A stretch of DNA of 64,000 bases from assembly GCA_963674865.2 (NCBI GenBank), contig CAXXYE010000009.1:352001-416000 (forward strand), given 5' to 3'. The notes under the pieces are model-generated. The model was not told the DNA's origin, ran no database searches, and was given only the letters and a program-made list of their open reading frames with translations. Numbering within the stretch: position 1 is the first letter of the stretch; every line of letters starts with the position of its first letter. This DNA comes from Candidatus Hydrogenedentota bacterium (GTDB taxonomy: Bacteria > Hydrogenedentota > Hydrogenedentia > Hydrogenedentales > SLHB01). A program made the position numbers and the translations under genes. Positions 59,172-64,000 of this stretch are shown here, piece by piece.

Positions 59172-60359
59172 TTGCCTCTGCTCATGACGATTCACGAGGC
59201 CGCCCGTAACGGGAATGAGCGGCGCGTCTGGAAACTCGTCCAAAAAGGGGCGGACGTCGACGAGCGGGACGAACGCGGCGCCACCCCGCTCTACTATGCG
59301 TCCCGGGCCGGGCAACGCGACATTGTGGCCATCTTGCTCGAGCACAACGCCGAGCCCGACGAAGGCACCGAGAAAGGCGATACGCCCCTGTTCCAGGCGG
59401 CGCAGGAGGGGCACATCGGTATCGTGAAGCTTCTCCTGAACGCCGGGGCGACCGTGAGCCCGCGCACCAACAAGGGCGCCACGCCGCTCATGGTGGCGGC
59501 CACGCGCGGCCACGTCGAGATCGTCAAACTCCTGCTTGAGTGGGGGGCGGATGTCGATGAACAGGACCTCCACGGGCGAACCGCCCTGTATATGGCCATC
59601 GACAAAGGCTGCATCAAAGTCGTAACGCTCCTACTCGACAGCGGGGCCGACGTGAACCGGGCCGCGGAAAAGGGCCTGACTCCCCTCATGCTTGCCGTCA
59701 AGATCGGCGACCCCGAGATCGCGCGCATGCTCATCGCGAGCGGCGCGCTTCTCGACAACCCGTCATCCGACGGCCTTACGGCCCTCATGATGGCGGCGCA
59801 GCATGGTGGCGTGGAGACAACCCGTCTCCTGCTCGACGCGGGGGCCGACGCGGGCATCAAGGTTTACAACTCTTTCACCGCGGAAGACCTCGCCAAGCGG
59901 GAAGGCAAGCGGCGAATCGTCGCTATCTTCAGAGAATACGCGCAGAAAAACGACCCGAAGCGTCTATTCCTGGCCGCCGTTGCCGACGGTGACACCGCGA
60001 AGGTGAAAGCAATCCTTGGCAAGGAGCCCCGGCTGGCCCGCGTCAAGACCGCGACACACGGATGGACCGCCTTGCATCTGGCCGTGCAACGCGCCAACCG
60101 TGAAATGATCGAACTCCTGCTGAACGTAGGCGCCGACGTGAACGCCAAGAGCGCCGAAGGCATGACCCCCGCCCACTTCGCCGCCCAACGCGGCGACCGG
60201 CCCGTCCTGCGCCTGCTTCTGGCCCGGGGCGCCGACCTCGGTCTGGGGGATAAGGGACAGAGTGCGCTGGCCGAAGCGCTCGAAAGCGGGCAGGCCCAAC
60301 TCGCCGAGTTCTTCGCGGAACACGTCACGCCCTCGGTGGAGGCCTCCCCACAAGCGTAG
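59172..60359 (+). CDS. Ankyrin repeat protein (about 11-12 repeats)
   Basis: Repeated G.TPL..A...G...IV.LLL..GADV units. Confidence 0.93.
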   Translation: MPLLMTIHEAARNGNERRVWKLVQKGADVDERDERGATPLYYASRAGQRDIVAILLEHNAEPDEGTEKGDTPLFQAAQEGHIGIVKLLLNAGATVSPRTNKGATPLMVAATRGHVEIVKLLLEWGADVDEQDLHGRTALYMAIDKGCIKVVTLLLDSGADVNRAAEKGLTPLMLAVKIGDPEIARMLIASGALLDNPSSDGLTALMMAAQHGGVETTRLLLDAGADAGIKVYNSFTAEDLAKREGKRRIVAIFREYAQKNDPKRLFLAAVADGDTAKVKAILGKEPRLARVKTATHGWTALHLAVQRANREMIELLLNVGADVNAKSAEGMTPAHFAAQRGDRPVLRLLLARGADLGLGDKGQSALAEALESGQAQLAEFFAEHVTPSVEASPQA

Positions 60360-60440
60360 AGAGCCTGCTCGAATAGCCCCCCATGATCGCCGCCCGGCCC
60401 GGCACTCACGACGGGCGGCACAACACGGGAACAACGGTTT

Positions 60441-61542
60441 GTGACCTTACGGCAACGTGTTGAAGCCGTCCTCGACGGGCGAAGACCCGACGCAATACCC
60501 TGGTTTACCGACCTGACGTACTGGCATCACGGCCAAGACAAGGCGGGCGCGTTGCCGCGACGCTACGCCGGAGAAGACGGCCTCCTCCAACTCCACCGCG
60601 ACTTGGGCGTCGGCGTCTACCTTTTCACACCGCCTCTGGTGCGCGTCGAACGCGATCCCGACCTGTTCCGCTGGGAGCACGAGACCGTCCAGGAAGGCCT
60701 GCGCCGCATTCACGTCACCTCACCCGAAGGACATCTCACGGGACTCGTCAAGGACTGCCCCAGTTCGGCCTCCACCGCCGTGCTCGAGTATCCCATCAAG
60801 GGCCCGGAGGATCTGCGGGTGATCCGATCCTGGTACGAAGGAGCCCGGTACATCCCCAACTACGAAGAGGTCCTGGAATGCGACCGTGAGTGGGGCGACG
60901 TCGGCTTCGCCGTCCCCCTGACGCCGCGCACGCCCCTGGCCGCACTGGCTGCGCAGTGGGCCGGCGTCGCCAACCTGTCCTTCCTCATGGCCGAAGCCCC
61001 GGATATGCTCGAAGATACCCTCGAAGTGATGCGCCGCTGCGAGGACGCGCTGTACGGCCTTATCGGCAAGGCGCCTTACCCCGTTGTCGAGATCCCCGAC
61101 AACCTGTCGTCGGAAACCATGTGCGGCCTGTGGCGCCGGTACAGCCGCGATTACTACCGCCAACGCGTGGCCGCCCTGCACGCCGCCGGCAAGAAGGTAG
61201 GCTGCCATATCGACGGAACCCTCGGTGCGCTGCTCGGCGAACTCGTGGCCGCGGGCATCGACTTTCCCAGAGTCCGTCGTACCGGCGCCCGTAGGCGACC
61301 TGACGCTCCACGAGATCCGCCGCGCGGTCAACGAAGACACCATCATCTGGGGCGACGTGCCCGCGGCGATGTTCGCCCCGCCATTCGAGTCCCAGCAAGT
61401 ACTGGACTTCGTCCGCGAAGTCGTGCGCGTCCTGGGCGCCGATGGACGCCTCGTCCTCGCCGGCGCCGACCAGGTGCCTCCCAACGGCGACATCGACCTC
61501 GTTCGCCGCATCGGGGAACTGCTCATCGAACTCGGCGCCTGA
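60441..61542 (+). CDS. UroD/MtaA (methyltransferase-like) family protein; frameshift near 61266
   Basis: MT.RQRV, EYPIK.PEDL, PDNLS, HIDG, then other frame ESVVPAPVGD, IWGDVP, GADQVPP. Confidence 0.8.
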
Positions 61543-61697
61543 CATCGCCGGCCGCAGCTTGCGCAGCAAACGCGGCCCACCGAGCTGCTTGGCTTGCGGC
61601 GCCAGCCGCAAACGACAGGCAAGGTGGCCATGCCTCCTCGCCCCGCCGCAAGGAGCCGCACGCCCCGCTCACCGATCCCCGACCACATCCCTTCCCC

Positions 61698-61851
61698 ATC
61701 TGCGTTCATCGGTGGCTATACACACCAAAGGCGCCCGAAATCTTACTCTGAGATCTGCTATCTCAAATCTGCAATCCTCCTATGCCAATCCTGTTCATCC
61801 TGTCAAAAGAGCCAATCCCTATCTGCGTCCATCGGTGTCCATCTGTGGCTA
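61698..61851 (+). repeat. Cluster of short tandem repeat units (7-, 9- and 10-mers)
   Basis: ATCTGCGTTC-ATCGGTGGCT; TCTGAGA-TCTGCTA-TCTCAAA-TCTGCAA; ATCCTGTTC-ATCCTGTC; ATCTGCGTCC-ATCGGTGTCC-ATCTGTGGCT. Confidence 0.75.
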
Positions 61852-61961
61852 CAATCCCCCTCCCCGCCACCGACCCGTCCCATCGCCAACACCGCCCGAC
61901 TTGTCTCAGGGGGCCTTCTTCGGGCAAGTTGTTGCCCACGGCCAAGCGCCACACGGAATGC

Positions 61962-62960
61962 ATGATGAAAGCATATCTAACCAAACGTCTGCTGTTGATC
62001 GTCCCGACCTTCATCGGGGTGAGCCTGATCACCTTCCTCGTGATTCAGCTCGCGCCCGGCAGCCCCGTCTATTTCAAGCTGCGCGGCGGACAGGACAGCA
62101 TGCAATCCGACAGCATGACCCAGCAGATCGTCGAACAAACCAAGGCCCTCTACGGATTGGACAAACCCATCCCCGTCCAGTATGTCCGCTGGCTCGGTAA
62201 GATCGTCACCTTCGACTTCGGCAACTCCTACAAAGACCAGCGGCCTGTCATGGAGAAGATCCTCGAGACGCTCCCCGTTACCTTGCAGTTGAACATCATT
62301 TCGATCTTCCTGATCTACCTCATCTCCGTGCCCATAGGCGTGTTCTCGGCCACCCACCAGCGCTCCTGGGTGGACAACATCATCACCGTCTTCCTCTTCG
62401 TCCTGTACAGCCTGCCCAGCTTCTGGCTGGCCATGCTCTTCATCCACTTCCTGGGCGGCGGCGAATGGCTCAACTGGTTCCCCGTATACGGCATCAGCTC
62501 CCTGGGCGCCGAAGAATGGCCTTGGTATCGATGGCTTGCCGACCGCGCGTGGCACTTCGTCCTGCCCGTCACCTGCCTCACCTACGGCGGCCTGGCGGGC
62601 CTGTCCCGCTACGCGCGCGCCGGCATGATCGAGACCATTCGCCAGGACTACGTCCGCACCGCCCGCGCCTACGGCTTCTCCGAGAAGATAGTCGTCTTCA
62701 AGTACGCCATGCGTAACTCGCTTATACCGATCGTCACCCTGCTCGGAAGCTTGCTGCCGTCCCTTATCGGCGGCAGCGTGATCATCGAAAGCATTTTCTC
62801 GATACCCGGCATGGGACGGCTCGGCTTTGAGGCCGTCCTCTCACGGGATTACCCCCTGATTATGGGCATTTTCACCATGTCGGCCCTACTCACGCTGCTG
62901 GGGCTGATCGTGTCCGACATCCTCTACGCCATCGTCGACCCAAGGATCTCCTTCGAATAG
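61962..62960 (+). CDS. oppB: Peptide/nickel ABC transporter permease (OppB/DppB)
   Basis: YGLDKP..VQY, DFGNSY, SLPSFW, QDYVRTARAYG, IESIFSIPGMG. Confidence 0.9.
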   Translation: MMKAYLTKRLLLIVPTFIGVSLITFLVIQLAPGSPVYFKLRGGQDSMQSDSMTQQIVEQTKALYGLDKPIPVQYVRWLGKIVTFDFGNSYKDQRPVMEKILETLPVTLQLNIISIFLIYLISVPIGVFSATHQRSWVDNIITVFLFVLYSLPSFWLAMLFIHFLGGGEWLNWFPVYGISSLGAEEWPWYRWLADRAWHFVLPVTCLTYGGLAGLSRYARAGMIETIRQDYVRTARAYGFSEKIVVFKYAMRNSLIPIVTLLGSLLPSLIGGSVIIESIFSIPGMGRLGFEAVLSRDYPLIMGIFTMSALLTLLGLIVSDILYAIVDPRISFE

Positions 62961-63979
62961 TGAAACGCGCATCCGCCAAGATGAAGAAGCAGAGCTACTG
63001 GCGCCTCGTCGGGCGGCAGTTCCGCAGGAACCCGCTTGCCTTGCTGGGCCTCGCACTCGTCTTCGCACTGTTCATCGTGGCGCTGGCCGCGCCCTTCATC
63101 GCCGGTGACGTGCCCATCTACATGGTGAAAGACGGCGCAACCTATTGGTTCCCGAACCTCTTCACCTACGGCACGCTCCAGGAGCAGAACCTCTACGGCA
63201 ACTTCGACCGCTGGGAACCGGCCGAAGGCGAAACCGCGCTTTGGCCCGTCATCCCCTACTCGCCCCTCTCCCAGCGGCCCAGGGAGCGTCTTCAGCGGCC
63301 AAGCCGTGACCACCTTCTCGGCACGGACGACCGCGGACGCGATGTCCTCAGCCGACTTATCTGGGGCACCCGCATCTCCATCAGCATCGGATTCGTCGCC
63401 GTGGGCATCGCCGTCGTCATCGGCGTCATTCTCGGCGCGCTCGCGGGATACTACGGCGGAACCACCGACATCATCGTCCAGCGCGTCATCGAGGTGATGA
63501 TGTGCTTCCCCACCTTCTTCCTCATCTTGACGCTCATTGCCGTCCTGCCCCCGAGCATATACAACATCATGGTTGTCATCGGCTTGACGGGCTGGACGGG
63601 CATCGCTCGGCTCGTGCGCGGCGAGTTTCTCCGGCTCCGCGACAGCGACTACGCCGTCGCCGCCCGGGCCTCCGGCCTCACCGACCGCCGCGTCATGTTC
63701 CGCCACATACTGCCCAACGCCCTCGCCCCCGTGTTGGTAAGCGCCACCTTCGGCATTGCGGGGGCCATTCTCACCGAGTCCGGCCTGAGCTTTCTCGGAT
63801 TCGGCGTACCACCCCCCACCCCCAGTTGGGGCGAAGTCCTGAAACAATCCCAGCGCTACGTTGACTCAGCCTGGTGGCTGGTGATGTATCCCGGCGTCGC
63901 CGTCTTCCTCACGGTGACCGCCTTCAACCTCGTCGGCGAGGGCCTGCGCGACGCCATGGATCCGCGCCTGAGGGAATAG
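62960..63979 (+). CDS. oppC: Peptide/nickel ABC transporter permease (OppC/DppC)
   Basis: HLLGTDDRGRDVLSR, ARLVRGE, RHILPN, ESGLSFLGFG, PSWG, GEGLRDAMDPR. Confidence 0.9.
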   Translation: MKRASAKMKKQSYWRLVGRQFRRNPLALLGLALVFALFIVALAAPFIAGDVPIYMVKDGATYWFPNLFTYGTLQEQNLYGNFDRWEPAEGETALWPVIPYSPLSQRPRERLQRPSRDHLLGTDDRGRDVLSRLIWGTRISISIGFVAVGIAVVIGVILGALAGYYGGTTDIIVQRVIEVMMCFPTFFLILTLIAVLPPSIYNIMVVIGLTGWTGIARLVRGEFLRLRDSDYAVAARASGLTDRRVMFRHILPNALAPVLVSATFGIAGAILTESGLSFLGFGVPPPTPSWGEVLKQSQRYVDSAWWLVMYPGVAVFLTVTAFNLVGEGLRDAMDPRLRE

Positions 63980-64000
63980 CACGTGACGATCCAACACGAA

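Overview
Bacterial chromosomal segment, GC-rich by eye. It is probably from a diderm with sigma-54 (lpxH, a GAFTGA activator and -24/-12 promoters are present). Gene content loosely suggests an under-studied lineage such as Ca. Hydrogenedentota, but that is only inference. The left part (1.3-24.4 kb, minus strand) is mostly housekeeping: rluD-like, xylB, rpsU, a stand-alone rpoBC, and an infC-rpmI-rplT-hisA-tyrA-tmk-holB-ricT-tatD run preceded by an L20-leader attenuator, with a probable ATC start for infC. A repeat-rich gap (24.6-25.3 kb) holds REP-like repeats, an IS200-type transposase remnant and a 151-bp MITE with a target-site duplication. The right part (mostly plus strand) encodes a GldA/GldFG/DUF4340/HtrA module, an atypical NtrC-family activator, an MshEN-HDOD protein, sigma-54-driven glnK-amtB, a J-like/unknown/PHP/lepB/lpxH cluster, a DnaA-ATPase-coiled-coil fusion, a GH42 beta-galactosidase, a REC-PP2C-STAS fusion, an ankyrin protein and oppBC. 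Four isolated frameshifts probably reflect assembly errors. I saw no rRNA, tRNA, CRISPR array or prophage. All family calls come from motif recognition by eye; no searches were run.
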